Source: Anaeramoeba ignava BMAN
Taxonomy: Eukaryota; Protista; Anaeramoebae
Reading direction: 5' to 3'
Length of the DNA: 64,000 bases
Assembly: GCA_028826165.1 (NCBI GenBank)
Contig: JAPDFW010000070.1
Coordinates: 1,426,001-1,490,000, forward strand
Under the pieces are notes generated by a model. The model did not search any database and was not told where the DNA came from. It was given only the letters and a program-made list of their open reading frames with translations. The translations under genes were made by a program, and so were the position numbers. This document shows, piece after piece, positions 50,876-64,000 of this stretch. How positions within the stretch are numbered: position 1 is the first letter of the stretch; every line of letters begins with the position of its first letter.

Positions 50876-53800
50876 TCAAATTGAACTGTATTCTGATTCA
50901 AAAACAAGCATAGGACTTAAATTAGATCCAATAAATTTAATTGTAAAAGCATTTGGAGATAATTCTTGAAAGAGATCAGGAATATATCTTGATAAAAATC
51001 TAAAAATATCTTTTTGATTTTGACCAAAATCTTTTGGAGAAGATCTAAAAACTTTTGGAAGTAAAATCTAGAAGAAAATTTATTTATAATTAAAATTCAT
51101 TTTATAAAATTAATTTATAAAATTAAAATTGAATTTAAATTGAATTTAAAATTAAAATTCATTTATAATTAAAATTCATTTATAAAATTAAAATTAATTT
51201 TAAAATTAAAATTAAATTATAATTAAAATTAAAATTAAATTAAATCAAAATTAATATTCATTTTTAAAATTAAAATTAAATTAAAATTCATTTATAATTA
51301 AAATTAAAATTAAAAATTCATTTATAAAATTAAAATTAAAATTAAAATTAATTTATAAAATTAAAATTCATTTATAAAATTAAAATTAAAATTAAAATTA
51401 AAATTAAAATTAAAATTAAAATTAAATTAAAATTGAAATTATAATTAAAATTATAATTAAAATTAAAATTAAAATTAAAATTAAAATTGAAATTAAAATT
51501 CATTTATAAATTAAAATTAAAATTAAAATTAATTTATAATTAAATTAAAATTAAAATCGGATAAAAAATTAAAATTCATTTATAAAATTAAAATTAAAAT
51601 TAAAATTAAAATTAATTTATAAAATTAAAATTAAAATCGGATAAAAAATTTAAAAAGAAAACATACTTTTTTGCTTTTTATAGAGACTCTAACATTTTTC
51701 AGAAGAAAAGATTTTGTAGTATTTTCCAATTCATCATTAAGCCTATCCAAATAATAAACACGCAAAGGAGCACTTTGTATAGTAAGATTAGTTAAAGCGA
51801 AATGAATTCTTGGATCCAAAGGAACGACCTGAAGATTAGCGCGCTTGTCCTTTGGTTTAAAATAAGAACCTGATCTCCAGTTACGCTTTGGCCTATTGCC
51901 TCTAAGAATGCCATGTTTGATGTCTGACAAGGAAAACAAGTAACCGCCAATATTATATTTGCTTTCATTCATAAAACGAGTTTTTGTAGCTTTGTCAGTT
52001 GGAACACCAGAAACAATTGCAGAATGAACAAAAAGAACGTTATAAATATTGATGAATAACGCCAAACGTTCGGGATAATCGATGTTGTCAAGACTAATCA
52101 CTTGCAATTCTGAAGTCGCAATTACAAATCTTCTAAAAATTATTGTTTGTGATATTTGATCAAAATCAATTTGCTCAGTGCTAATTGAAAAATGTGCTGC
52201 ACACATGTCAATCATAAGCTCTGCTAGTTCTTCTCCAATTACATGCGGTTCTCGTGATATCCCTTTGAATACATACCCCTCGTTCAGTGTGCTGTGCTCC
52301 CGTCGCTTGGATACCATGATTGCTTTGATTTCTTTTTGTTGTGTTTTTTGATTTGTTGTGTTCTCTTTTTCTTCTTCATTGTTTTTGTGTTTTTGATATA
52401 ATGCCATGTGTGTTGATCGGATAAATGGTGTGTAATAATTGTTTTTGAGATCTTCTAAGATTGTATTTTCGATCTATTTCAATTTAATATTTCAATTTAA
52501 TATTTATTTTAATATTTATTTTAATATTTTAATATTTTAATTTAATATTTATTTTAATATTTATTTTAATATTTATTTTAATATTTTAATATTTATTTTA
52601 ATATTTTATTTTAATATTTTATTTTAATATTTATTTTTTTATTTTAATATTTTAATATTTAATTTAATATTTATTTTAATATTTAATTAAATATTTAATT
52701 TAATATTTATTTTAATATTTAATATTTCATTTTAATATTTTAATATTTATATTTAATTTAATATTTATTTTAATATTTCAATTTAATATTTAATTTAATA
52801 TTTTATTTTTATATTTAATTTAATATTTAATTTAATATTTATTTTAATATTTAATTTAATATTTAATTTATTATTTATTTTAATATTTAATTTAATATTT
52901 AATTTAATATTTATTTTAATATTTATTTTAATATTTATTTTAATATTTTAATATTTATTATTTTATTTTAATATTTTAATATTTATTATTTTATTTTAAT
53001 ATTTATTTTAATTTTTTTAATATTTTAATATTTAATATTTATTTTAATATTTTAATATTTTAATATTTTAATATAATTCTTCAATTTTGTCTTTACTTGA
53101 TCAAACATCGTGATTTCAATATCATTTTTTAAAATTCTTTCTTGGATTTGATTTCGGACTTCTATATTTAAATTAATTTCAAAAAGTGATTCTGGTCGAA
53201 TAAATTTTTTAAAAATTATTGTTGAATGAATTAACATTTTCTAAATCATTTAAAAAATAAATAAAAAAACCAAAATTTATATTAAAAAAAAAAGATTTAA
53301 AAAAGAAAATAATTATTTTGAGTTACTGAAGAATCAGAAATTGATTTAAATTTTTGGATTGCAATTAAACATAACACAAGTTCTTGAGAAAATTGTTCAC
53401 AAAGAAAATCTTTAAAATAAGCAAGTTTAATTGGATCAGAAAGAATATTTTCAAAAGAAATTGTTTCTTGAATTTTATTGATATTTGGATCTTCTGAATC
53501 TGGTATTGTATTTTTAGATTTTTCATTACGATTTGAAATAAAACTTGTTGTTCTTTATAATTTTTTTAAATTTTTAATTTTTAATTTTTTAATTTTTTAA
53601 TTTTTAATTTTTTAATTATTTTTTACCTTGGTTTTTGATTCAATAAATGATTTGTTTTATTAGTAATATGTTTTTTAATTGCACCAGATTCTGGAGATGA
53701 AACTCTTTTTTGATTTCGAATAATTTTCAAAGGATTTTTTTTAGATTTTCTTTCATCACTTTCAGATTCAATCTATTTATTAAAATATTTTGTTAAATTA

Positions 53801-56800
53801 TTTTGTTGAATTATTTTGTTAAAATATTTTTTGAATTATTTTGAATTATTTTAAATTATTTTGTTAAATTATTTTGTTAAATTATTTTGTTAAATTATTT
53901 GTTAAAATATTTTGTTAAATTATTTTGTTAAAATATGTTGTTAAATTATTTTGTTAAAATATGTTGTTAAATTATTTTGTTAAATTATTTTATTAAATTA
54001 TTTGAAATTAATTTGTTAAATTATTTTATTAAATTATTTGAAATTAATTTGTTAAATTATTTTAAATTTTTTTGAAATATTTTGTTAAATTATTTTGTTA
54101 AATTAATTTGTTAAATTATTTTAAAATTTGTTAAATTATTATTGAAATTAATACATCAACTTCATCAGATAAATCTGAATCAGTTAAATAAGTATTCTCT
54201 GTAATTTCAGTTGGATCTTCAGTTATTCCATCAGTCAACATTTCAGAACGAGATATAGAATTCTTAAGAGTTTGATATTTCATCTTGAGCTTATGATTCT
54301 CTTGCAACTTAATCTTATATTGCATTTGCAAAAGATCAAGTTTCTCTTGAAGTTTCAGATGATTTTTATTTTCTGCACGTTTTTGATGTTGAATTATTTT
54401 GTTAAATTGATTTTTGACTCGATTTCTTAAATTATTTTGTTACGTAGTGAATTTTAAAAAATAGGTTTTTTTGAGAATTAAATTATTTTTTTGAATTTGT
54501 TAAATTATTTTATTATTTTGATTTGGATCATTGATGTCAATTTGAGGAAGTTGATTGTCAAAATCAATTGAATTTTGATCTTGATTTTGAAGACTATTTG
54601 ATTTGCGTTGGAGATCTCTCAAAATGATTTGATAGTTTGTAAACTCTTGTTGAAGCTCATTATTTTCCACAATTCTATCGCGTAATTTGTCCGAAATTGC
54701 ATTGAATTTTGATTGAAGTGCGCCACTAAGATCCCGCATTTGAAGTTGTTTAATTTCGAATTTAATGCGTTTGATTTCCAATTTCAAATCTTCAAGAGTC
54801 TTTAAATCGTCTTGATTTAATTGCGGAATTTTGCTGTATTTGATTTTGTTTCTTCGGAAAAAATCATACAAAACTTCCAACTTCTGTGATAATCGTTCGG
54901 CTTCTTTTTCTTGTGAAATAAATCGATCATTAACGATCTTTAACTTGAGAATCAAATTGAGATTATTCTGGAGAGTACCGCTTGGATCTCTTGTCTCAAG
55001 TTTTTTCAATTCAAATTTCAATTGTTTAATTTGTTTCCGTTTAATTTCAATTTCTTCCATTCTGGGTTCTGTACTGTTCGGCAGTTTTGTTGGTTTTGTC
55101 TCGATTTTTACTACCTCGTTATGTCCTGATTTCGTTAATTCTAATTTCGTGTGTAGGTTTTTTCCAATGTTGAATGGTGTTACTAAGGTTCGTACCCATG
55201 TTTTTGTGTTTTGAATATTTTGACATTGTAATTCCAATTCGAAAGATCCATTTTGATTACTTTTATTTTAAATTATTATTAATTTATTATTAATTTTATT
55301 ATTAATTTTATTATTAATTTTATTATTAAATTTTATTATTAATTTATTATTAATTTATTATTAAATTTATTATTAATTTTATTATTAATTTTATTATTAA
55401 TTTTATTATTAATTTTATTATTAATTTATTATTAATTTTATTATTAATTTATTATTAAATTTTATTTTAAAATTTATTATAAATTTATTATTAAATTTAT
55501 TATTAAATTTTATTATTATTTATTTTAAATTTACTATTAATTTATTATTAATTTTATTATTAAATAAGTTTTTAAATTTATTTTAATTTTATTATTAATT
55601 TTATTATTAATTTATTATTAAATTTATTATTAAATTTTATTATTAAATTTTATTATTAAATTTTATTATTAAATTTTATTATTAAATTTTATTATTAATT
55701 TATTATTAATTTTACTATTAATTTTATTATTAAATTTTATTTTTAATTTATTTTTAAAATTTATTATTAAATTTATTATTAATTTTATTTTTAAAATTTT
55801 TATTTTTAAATTTTTTATTATTAATTTTATTATTAATTTTATTATTAAATTTATTAATAATTTTATTTTAAATTTATTATAAATTTATTATTAGAATTTA
55901 TTATTAATTTTTATTATTAATTTTATTTTAAATTTATTATTAATTTATTATTAATTTTATTATTAAATTTATTATTAATTTTATTATTAATTTTTATTTA
56001 TTAATTTTATTATTAAATTTATTATTAAATTTATTATTATTAATTTTATTATTAATTTTATTATTAATTTTATTATTAAATTTTATTATAAATTTTATTA
56101 TTAAATTTTATTTATAAATTTTATTATTAATTTTATTATTAATTTATTACCTTAATTTTATTATTAATTTTATTATTAATTTTATTATTAATTTTTATTA
56201 TTAATTTTATTTTTAAATTTTATTTTTAAATTTTATTATTAATTTTATTATTAATTTTATTATTAAATTTTATTATTAAATTTATTATTAATTTTTATTA
56301 TTAAATTTTATTATTAAATTTTATTTTAAATTTATTATTAATTTTATTATTAAATTTATTATTAAATTTATATTAAATTTTAATTTTATTTTATTAAATT
56401 ATTATTTTTTTTTTATTTTAAATTTTATTATTAATTTATTATTAATTTTTATTTTAAATTTATTATTAATTTATTATTAATTTTATTATTAATTTATTTT
56501 TAATTTTATTATTAATTTTATTATTAATTTTATTATTAATTTTATTATTAATTTTATTATTAAATTTTATTATTAATTTTATTATTAATTTTATTATTAA
56601 TTTTATTATTAATTTATTATTAATTTTATTTTAAATTTTATTATTAAATTTTATTATTAAATTTTATTTTTATTTTTAATTTTAAATTTTATTATTTTAA
56701 ATTTTTTTATTATTAAATTTTATTTTAAATTTTATTTTTAATTTTATTATTAATTTTATTTTAAATTTTATTAAAAATATTATACTTTAAAGCTTTTTGA

Positions 56801-57057
56801 ATTGCCATTTTGGCAACATATTCACTTTGCATTTTCATATGTGGTTGAATTTTAGGAAAAAAAGAAAAAATTGAAGACTTAATCATTTGGTCTTTTGAAG
56901 AAGCTTCAAAAAGATTAAGAAATTTATCATTTACATCAATAATTAAGCCATGAGAATCAATTATTGATGTTGGCTTTTCTGAATCTAACGCTTTTTTCAA
57001 AAAAGATTTCACTTTGCTTTTTTTAATTGGTTTTAAATTGTTTTCTATATTTCCCAT
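50876..57057 (-). CDS. Myristoylated PAS - coiled coil - RGS - DUF547 protein, multi-exon
   Basis: PAS: IIDSHGLIIDVNDKFLNLF..|..TWVRT; RGS: FENILSDPIKLAYFKDFL..FKKFI..FEINL..MFDQ..YYTPF; DUF547: ERLALFINIYN..YNIGG..SLSDIKHGILRGN..DPRIHFAL. Confidence 0.8.
55265..56780. repeat. (AATTTTATTATT)n intronic minisatellite splitting the PAS domain
   Basis: 1.5 kb nearly G/C-free array. Confidence 0.9.
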
Positions 57058-57375
57058 TTAATCTTTAACTTATAAATTATTAAAAACTTGTCTAAATTAA
57101 AATTGATAAGATTTAATAAAATGAATAAAATTTTATTGAATTGTATAAAATAAACTTTGATTGTTTTTTGCTTTTTTTTTGTGTGTTTGAAATTTTTTGC
57201 TTTTTTGAGAATTCTTTTTTTATTTTGTTTATTTTGTTTTTTTGTTTGTTTAAAATAAAAAGAAAAAAAAGGAAAAAAAAAATGAAAAAAAAAAATTAAA
57301 AAAAAAATTTTTTAATTAAAAAAACGTTAAATAAAAAAAAAAATTTAAAATAAAAATTTAAAATAAAAATTATAA

Positions 57376-57730
57376 GGGAGTTAATGAGAGCTTTTAAAAA
57401 TGGAGTTCATTTTAAAAAGCTTCCAGATCTTTTACTCATTTCATTTTACTTTATTTTTAAAATAAAAAAAGGTTTTTAGAAAATGAAAAGAAAAAGAAAA
57501 ACCTTTTTACTTTTTATTATTTTGTTTTTGTTTTTGTTTTTGTTTTTATTATTGTTTTATTATTCAATTATAAAAAAATCAAAAAATTGAATTTTCTTAT
57601 AATTGTTTTAATAGGGGGGCATAAGATAACAAGAAAAAGAAAAACTTTAATAAAATAAATTTAAAATAATTTATTTTTTTTAGTTTTTTATTTTTTTTCA
57701 AGTTAAAAGATAAACAACTCATTTAACTCC
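57376..57730. other. Candidate structured ncRNA or MITE-like element (unidentified)
   Basis: Terminal inverted repeat GGAGTTAATGAG / CTCATTTAACTCC plus several nested stems; no ORF. Confidence 0.45.
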
Positions 57731-57846
57731 ACAAATAAAAAAGAAAAAAAATGAAAAAAAAAATAAATTAAAAAAAATATTTTTTTATTAATTTTGAAAA
57801 TAATAAAAAAAATAATAATTTGATTATTTTTCCATTTCAAATTTTT

Positions 57847-59308
57847 TCATTTAAATTCAGTTTCTGAAGTAAATGGATTTAAAGATTTCAAAAATTTTGG
57901 ATCTGATTTAGCTTTTGATTTAAATTCATCTAAACTTAAAGCTCCATCTTTATCTAAATTAAAATTAAAAATTAATTAAATAAAAAAGTGGAACAAAAAA
58001 ACTTTTTTTTTTAATTTATTAATTAATTAATTTTATACCTTGATCTGCTTCATCAAAAGCTTGATCAACATAAGAAATTAAAGCTTTTTCATCATTTAAT
58101 TCATTATCTTGAATTGAAATATTATGAAGAGATTTAAAAATTTGATGAATTTCATCTCTTTCAATAAATCCATTTCTAAAAAGAAAATTAAAAGAAAAAT
58201 AAAATAAAATTATTTTAAATTAAATTAAATTAAATAAATTTTACCCATCAAGATCATAAATATTAAAAAGAAATTCAAGTTTTTCATCTGTAGATCCACG
58301 ACTAGTAATAGACATTGCTGTAATTAATTCTGAAAAACTCTTAATAATTTAAAAGAGAAAAAAAAAAACGTTTAAAAAAATTTTTTTGGAATTGGAAAAA
58401 TCTTTGAAAAGAAATTATAAAAAAAAGAAAAGAAAACTAACAATTTCTCCATCACCATTTTCATCAAAATTCTATAATTTAAAATTGAAATTAAAATTAA
58501 AATTAAAATTAAAATTAAAATTAAAATTAAAATTAAAATTAAAATTAAAATTAAAATTGAAATTGAAATTGAAATTGAAATTAAAATTAAAATTGAAATT
58601 AAAATTAAAATTAAAATTAAAATTAAAATTAAAATTAAAATTAAAATTAAAATTAAAATTAAATTAAATTAAAATTAAAATTAAAATTAAAATTAAAATT
58701 AAATTTAAAATTGAAATTAAAATTAAAATTAAAATTAAAATTAAAATTAAAATTAAAATTAAAATTAAAATTAAAATTAAAATTAAAATTGAAATTAAAA
58801 TTAAAATTAAAATTAAAATTAAAATTAAAATTAAAATTAAAATTAAAATTAAAATTAAAATTAAAATTAAAATTAAAATTAAAATTGAAATTAAAATTGA
58901 AATTGAAATTAAAATTAAAATTGAAATTAAAATTAAAATTAAAATTAAAATTAAAATTGAAATTAAAATTAAAATTGAAATTAAAATTAAAATTAAAATT
59001 AAAATTAAAATCAAAATTTAAAATTAACTTTAAAAAGAAGTTCACCAACAAATGGATCTTCAATTCCAAGTTGTTTGCTAATTGTTTTAAATTGAGATTT
59101 TTGAATAATACCACTTGGATTTTCTTTTAAAAATTGAGAATAAAGTAATAAAAGTTCTTGATGGTTAACTTTTTAATTTAAATTTAAATTTTAATTTCAA
59201 TTCTAATTGAAAGAATGAAAATAAATAAAAATGAAATTTACAATGTGTTGATTTGCGTAAATGATCTAATTCTTGTTTTGAAAGTCCCTTTTTCTTTGAA
59301 TTTCCCAT
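57847..59308 (-). CDS. Myristoylated EF-hand Ca2+ sensor (NCS/frequenin or calcineurin-B-like), multi-exon; missed by the ORF track
   Basis: [17 protein letters not shown]..|[12 protein letters not shown]..|FDENGDGEI|..[19 protein letters not shown]|NGFIERDE..|[11 protein letters not shown]. Confidence 0.85.
58475..59025. repeat. (AAAATT)n intronic microsatellite
   Basis: Visible hexamer array. Confidence 0.95.
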
Positions 59309-59459
59309 TAAAAAAAAAAAGCAAAAAAAGAAAATAAAATAAAAAAAGCAAAAAAATTAAATTTGAAAAAAAAAAATGAAAGTTTTATTTGAAAAGAAAA
59401 GAAAAAAAAAGTAAAAAAAAAATCTATTTCAATCTAAAAAAAAATAGAAGAAAAAAAAA

Positions 59460-59870
59460 CAATTTAATTTTTGGATTTTGATTTAGATTTAGATTTTGAT
59501 TTTGATTTTCATTTTGATTTTGATTTTCATTTTGATTTTTAAATTGATTTTGGTTTTGATTTTGATTTTCATTTTGATTTAGATTTTCAATTTGATTTTG
59601 ATTTTGATTTTGATTTTGATTTTGATTTTGATTTTGATTTTCAATTTCATTTTCAATTTCATTTTGATTTTCAATTTCATTTTGATTTTGATTTTAATTT
59701 TGAATTTGATTTTGAATTTGATTTTGATTTTGATTTTGATTTTCAATTTGATTTTGATTTTGATTTTGATTTTAATTTTGATTTTAATTTTGATGATTTT
59801 GATTTTAATTTTGATTTTAATTTTAATTTTAATTTTCATTTTGATTTTGATTTTGATTTTAATTTTAATT
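59460..59870. repeat. (TTTTGA)n intergenic microsatellite
   Basis: Visible array. Confidence 0.9.
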
Positions 59871-59938
59871 TTTTTTATAAATTTAAATTTAATTTTTTTT
59901 TATAAATTTAATTTTGATTTTTTTTTATAAATTTAATT

Positions 59939-62881
59939 TTAATTTTTTTTATAATTTTGTTGAAATAAATTTAATTCAATTTGAATTGATTCTGGTAATT
60001 TACAATTAATTGAAGAAAATATTTGATTAATATAACAAGAATATGCAGAAATCATTTGAGAATCATTTAAAACATATTTTTTAGAATATTGCCCAAGTAA
60101 AATTTGAATTAAATCAATTTTTTCTTGATCTGATTTATTTGAAATAAACTCAAAAATATCCAAAGTAAGAATCGATTCACGATAAATTTTGCGAAGAGAA
60201 AGTAAGGCCTCTTTCTTGCGAAGTAAATACCATTTTGTAAAATTTGGAGAATGAAGAAATTTATGGTAAAGTTCGATCCAATTTTTTTTTGAACCTGAAT
60301 GAAACATTTTTTTGAATTGTAATTGATCCAAAAATTTCATAAAAGCTCTTTCACTGAACCCTGAAAGAGTTGGCGGTTTATAAAAAGGAATAGTTTCTTT
60401 CCTGAGTGGCATGAGCGTGAAAAAATATTGTTCTAAAGGATTCATGAATTGGTGTGTTAAATGATGGAAATGTTTCCGAATTAGATCATTTTTAAATAAA
60501 TTATTTTGACTTTCAATTGTTTGTGATTTTTTGGATTTTAATTTTTTCAGAACTTTGGAATCAACTGGAACAAGAAGAGGAGTTTTATGATATAATTTTT
60601 GTTTAAATTTGGAGTAATGCTTTGAAATGACAATTCCGTTTGAAATATCGATACTTCAATAAGATTATTTACAAAGAAAAAGAAGAAAAAGAAGAAGAAG
60701 AAAAATGAATTGATTTAAATGGAAAATGAAAAATTATTTGTAATTAATTTTTTTACTTTGGTTGTTCAACAGATCCAAAAAAAAGTTTATTTGGGCATTC
60801 CAAAAGAGCATTTTGCGAAATGAAAGGATTGGTGGAAGCAACAATTACTGAAGGCCATTTACGAGATAAAGGCACTGCTGGAGTCGAAGAAATTCTTTGC
60901 AAATTGATGTTCTTTTTGGAATTTTTTGAGTTTGTGTTTTGATGGAAAATTGAGGACAAATAACGGAAATGCGAATCTTGAACAGAAAAATAAGGAAGAA
61001 TGTCTCCAGCATAACACAATGGAGCAATCAAACTGACTAATCCATAAACTGCTGAATTGCAAAGTGAAGGTGTTGGCGAAGTTATTAAAATTGGTTCTCC
61101 TGTTAAGATTAATTGCCATAAAATCCATAAATCATCAAGAAAACTCCCAAAAGACATATAAATATTCAATTCAAATCCAAGAAATTCAGGGAAACAAATG
61201 TTGATTGGAATGTTATTTGAGAAATTTTGTTTTTGTTTTGATTCCGCGTTTTCGGGAAAAAGTTCTTGGTCATTTGGAATAAATAATTGGAATGAAAAAT
61301 CCATAATATCAAGCTTTTGTATTTTTCCTCGAGGAATTTTACTTGGCCATTTCGAAATATCTCCCCAAATTTTATACAAAATATCTGGTACTCCTTGGAA
61401 ATATAAATTGGAAATAAATGAAACAAGAGCTGAAAAAAATTGAATGAAAGGATATTTGGTGAGTATAACAACTGATTTCTGGAGGAATCCTCGTGAATTT
61501 GTTTCATCTTTTTGACTTCTTGAAAAAACAAATGCGTAAAAGAAGTTTTTGTTGTGATTATGTTTCTGTATTTTTGATCGTTGATTTTTAGTTTTAGTTT
61601 CTATTTTCATTTCCATTTTCTTTTTGTCAGTGATTTTTTGATCTTGATTGTGATTTTCTTCTGAATTTGGGAATTGATTTTCATTGAAATATGTTTTGTG
61701 TGAATTATTATCGTTATCATTGTTATTATCACTATTTGAATTTTGTAAATATCCATTTTGACTTTTTGATAAAATTTTAATTTTTTGAAAACTTTGATTT
61801 GGATCTAATAAAATTTCTAAAGAATCATGTTCACTGAAAGATTTTTTGAAATTTGATTGAAAATTTCTTTTTTGGTGATCTAAATTTTCATTTTGATTTT
61901 CATTTTGATTTTGATTTTTATTTTTATTTTTATTTTTATTTTTATTTTCATTTTCATTTTCAATTTGATTTGAATTTTCATTTTGATTTTTAATTTGATT
62001 TTGATTTTTAATTTGAATTTGATTTTGAATTTGATTTTGATTTTCATTTTCATTTTCAATTTGAATTTGATTTTTAATTTGATTTTTATTTTTATTTTGA
62101 TTTTCAATTTGATTTGAATTTTCATTTTCATTTGAATTTGATTTTGAAAAATGTTCAAAATGTTCCATTGAATTGATTCGATAAGAAAGTAAATCTTGAT
62201 CATTTGTAATTGATCTTGAATTTCTTTTAATGAAAACTTTTTGATTTTTATTTTTATTTTTATTTTTATTTTCATTTTCATTTTTATTTTTATTTTGATT
62301 TTGATTTTGATTTTGATTTTGATTTTGATTTTGATTTTTATTTTGATTTTTATTTTGATTTTGATTTTTATTTTGATTTTTGATTTTCATTTTGATTTTT
62401 ATTTTCATTTTGATTTTCATTTTGATTTTGATTTTGTTTTTCATTTTGATTTTGTTTTGGTTTTTTTAAAGAATGTTGATTTGCAATTTTTTTTTTTGTT
62501 AAATTATTATTAAAATCAAGAATAAAAGAATAAACATGATCACTGTAAATTGCTGAAAAAGAATCAGGAAGAGATAAAAAGCGTCTTAAAGTTAAAAAAA
62601 AAATAAATAAGAAAAAGAAATTTAATTCAATAATTTTTTAATTCAAATAATTTTATTTTGAATACAAATCATCAAATTCAGTTTTAGAAAGTTTAAAATC
62701 TTCTGGTAAAAATGTTTCTATTGCTATTTTTTAAAAAAAAATTTTTTTATTGAATTAAATTTTTTTATTAAAAAGAAAAAAAAATTTTTTTAGTTATTTT
62801 TTATTTTAAATTACTTTGTCCAACATTTGTATCAAATTTAATTACAAAAATAGAATGAATCCATTTATTAATTAAAAGCAT
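59939..62881 (-). CDS. DENND6: DENND6/FAM116 (Avl9-family) Rab GEF, multi-exon
   Basis: WIHSIFVIKFDTNVGQ, LSLPDS, FVFSRSQKD..RGFLQKSVV, LWQLILTGEP, SLIAPL.YAGD..PYF, FMNPLEQYF, LYHKFLHSPNF. Confidence 0.85.
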
Positions 62882-63075
62882 TTCATTAGAAAAAAAAAAT
62901 GAAAAAATGAAAAAAGAAAAAAATCATTTTTTTTTAACTTTTTTTAACTTTTTTTAACTTTTTTTTTTAACGAAAAAAACACAAAAACACAAAAACACAT
63001 AAAAACACATAAAAATACAAAAAAACACATAAAAACACATAAAAACACAAAAAAACACTAAAAAAAACAAAACTA

Positions 63076-64000
63076 ATGCTTCAAAACAATAATAATAACA
63101 ACAATAACAATAATAATAATAATAACAATAATAATAACAATAATAATAATAATAACAATAATAATAATAACAATAATAATAATAATAACAATAATAATAA
63201 TAATAAAAATAACAATAATAACAATAATAATAATAATAACAATAATAATAATAACAATAACAATGAACAACAAAAAGAAAAGAGAACAATTTTTCTTTTT
63301 GTCAATACTACTTATGTAGATGAAGACGAAACGGTTCAAATTATTTTCAAAAATGAAAATGAAAATGAAAATGAAAATGAAAATTATATTGATATTTATC
63401 AAAATTTTGAAATGAATCAACTTAAAGAATTAAATCCATCAATTTGGTATTTTGATAATTTTGATAAAATTAATCAAGATTCTATTTTTCAATTTGAAAT
63501 AATTCCAAAAAATCAAAATCAAAATGAAATTGAAAATGAAATTGAAAATGAAAATCAAAATCAAAATCAAAATCAAAATGAAATTGAAAATGAAATTGAA
63601 AATCAAAATGAAATTGAAAATCAAAATCAAAATGAAAATGAAAATCAAAATGAAAATAAAAATCAAAATGAAATTGAAAATGAAATTGAAAATGAAAATG
63701 AAAATCAAAATCAAAAAAAAAATTCAAAATCAAAATCAAAATCAAAATCAAAATCAAAATGAAAATGAAATTGAAAATGAAAATAATCAAAATGAAATTG
63801 AAAATCAAAATGAAAAAAATGAAATTGAAAATGAAAATGAAAATAAAAATCAAAATGAAATTGAAAATGAAAATGAAATTGAAAGAAATATAGATGAAAT
63901 TGAAAGAAATATTTCCAAAAATGAAAATAAAAATATTTTTTTTGAATTTGGATCTGAAAAAATATCAAAAAAAGCCAAAGTTAATTTTCTTGATATCCTT
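63076..64000 (+). CDS. 5' end of a paralog of the RNF213-like gene (truncated by window edge)
   Basis: KELNPSIWYFDNFDKINQDSIFQFEIIPKN and ERNIDEIERNISKNENxNIFFEFGSEK are nearly identical to the N-terminus of the gene at 20743-35062. Confidence 0.85.

Noticed and set aside
54426-54515. TAA reassigned to an amino acid
   Set aside because: Several clear genes end in TAA and long ORFs have no internal TAA.

Overview
An extremely AT-rich, intron-containing eukaryotic contig in the standard genetic code. Gene content (BTB-BACK-TLDc, ankyrin-BTB, RGS-DUF547, NQ/EN dipeptide tracts) resembles the anaerobic amoeba Anaeramoeba; this is inference only. About 18 genes are supported: TSG101/Vps23, a DENN protein, Spc24, a small myristoylated ORF, a PH plus degenerate RhoGAP protein, GSK3, V-ATPase subunit e, SWSAP1-like, F-box/LRR-CaaX, a ~14 kb RNF213/mysterin-like AAA+ gene, BTB-BACK-TLDc, DPM2, a large LRR + multi-TM protein, ankyrin-BTB-CaaX, a 14-blade beta-propeller surface protein, PAS-RGS-DUF547, an NCS/CBL EF-hand protein and DENND6. 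The 5' end of a second, inverted RNF213-like paralog runs off the right edge. Most short ORFs in the track are microsatellite artefacts. Highlights: (1) an RNF213-like giant with no visible RING or RZ finger, plus a close paralog; (2) two ~142-bp satellites between divergent genes, one interrupted almost in register by an intronless BTB-TLDc gene; (3) an unannotated ~355-nt self-complementary intergenic element, a candidate ncRNA or MITE; (4) unusual receptor and signalling architectures.
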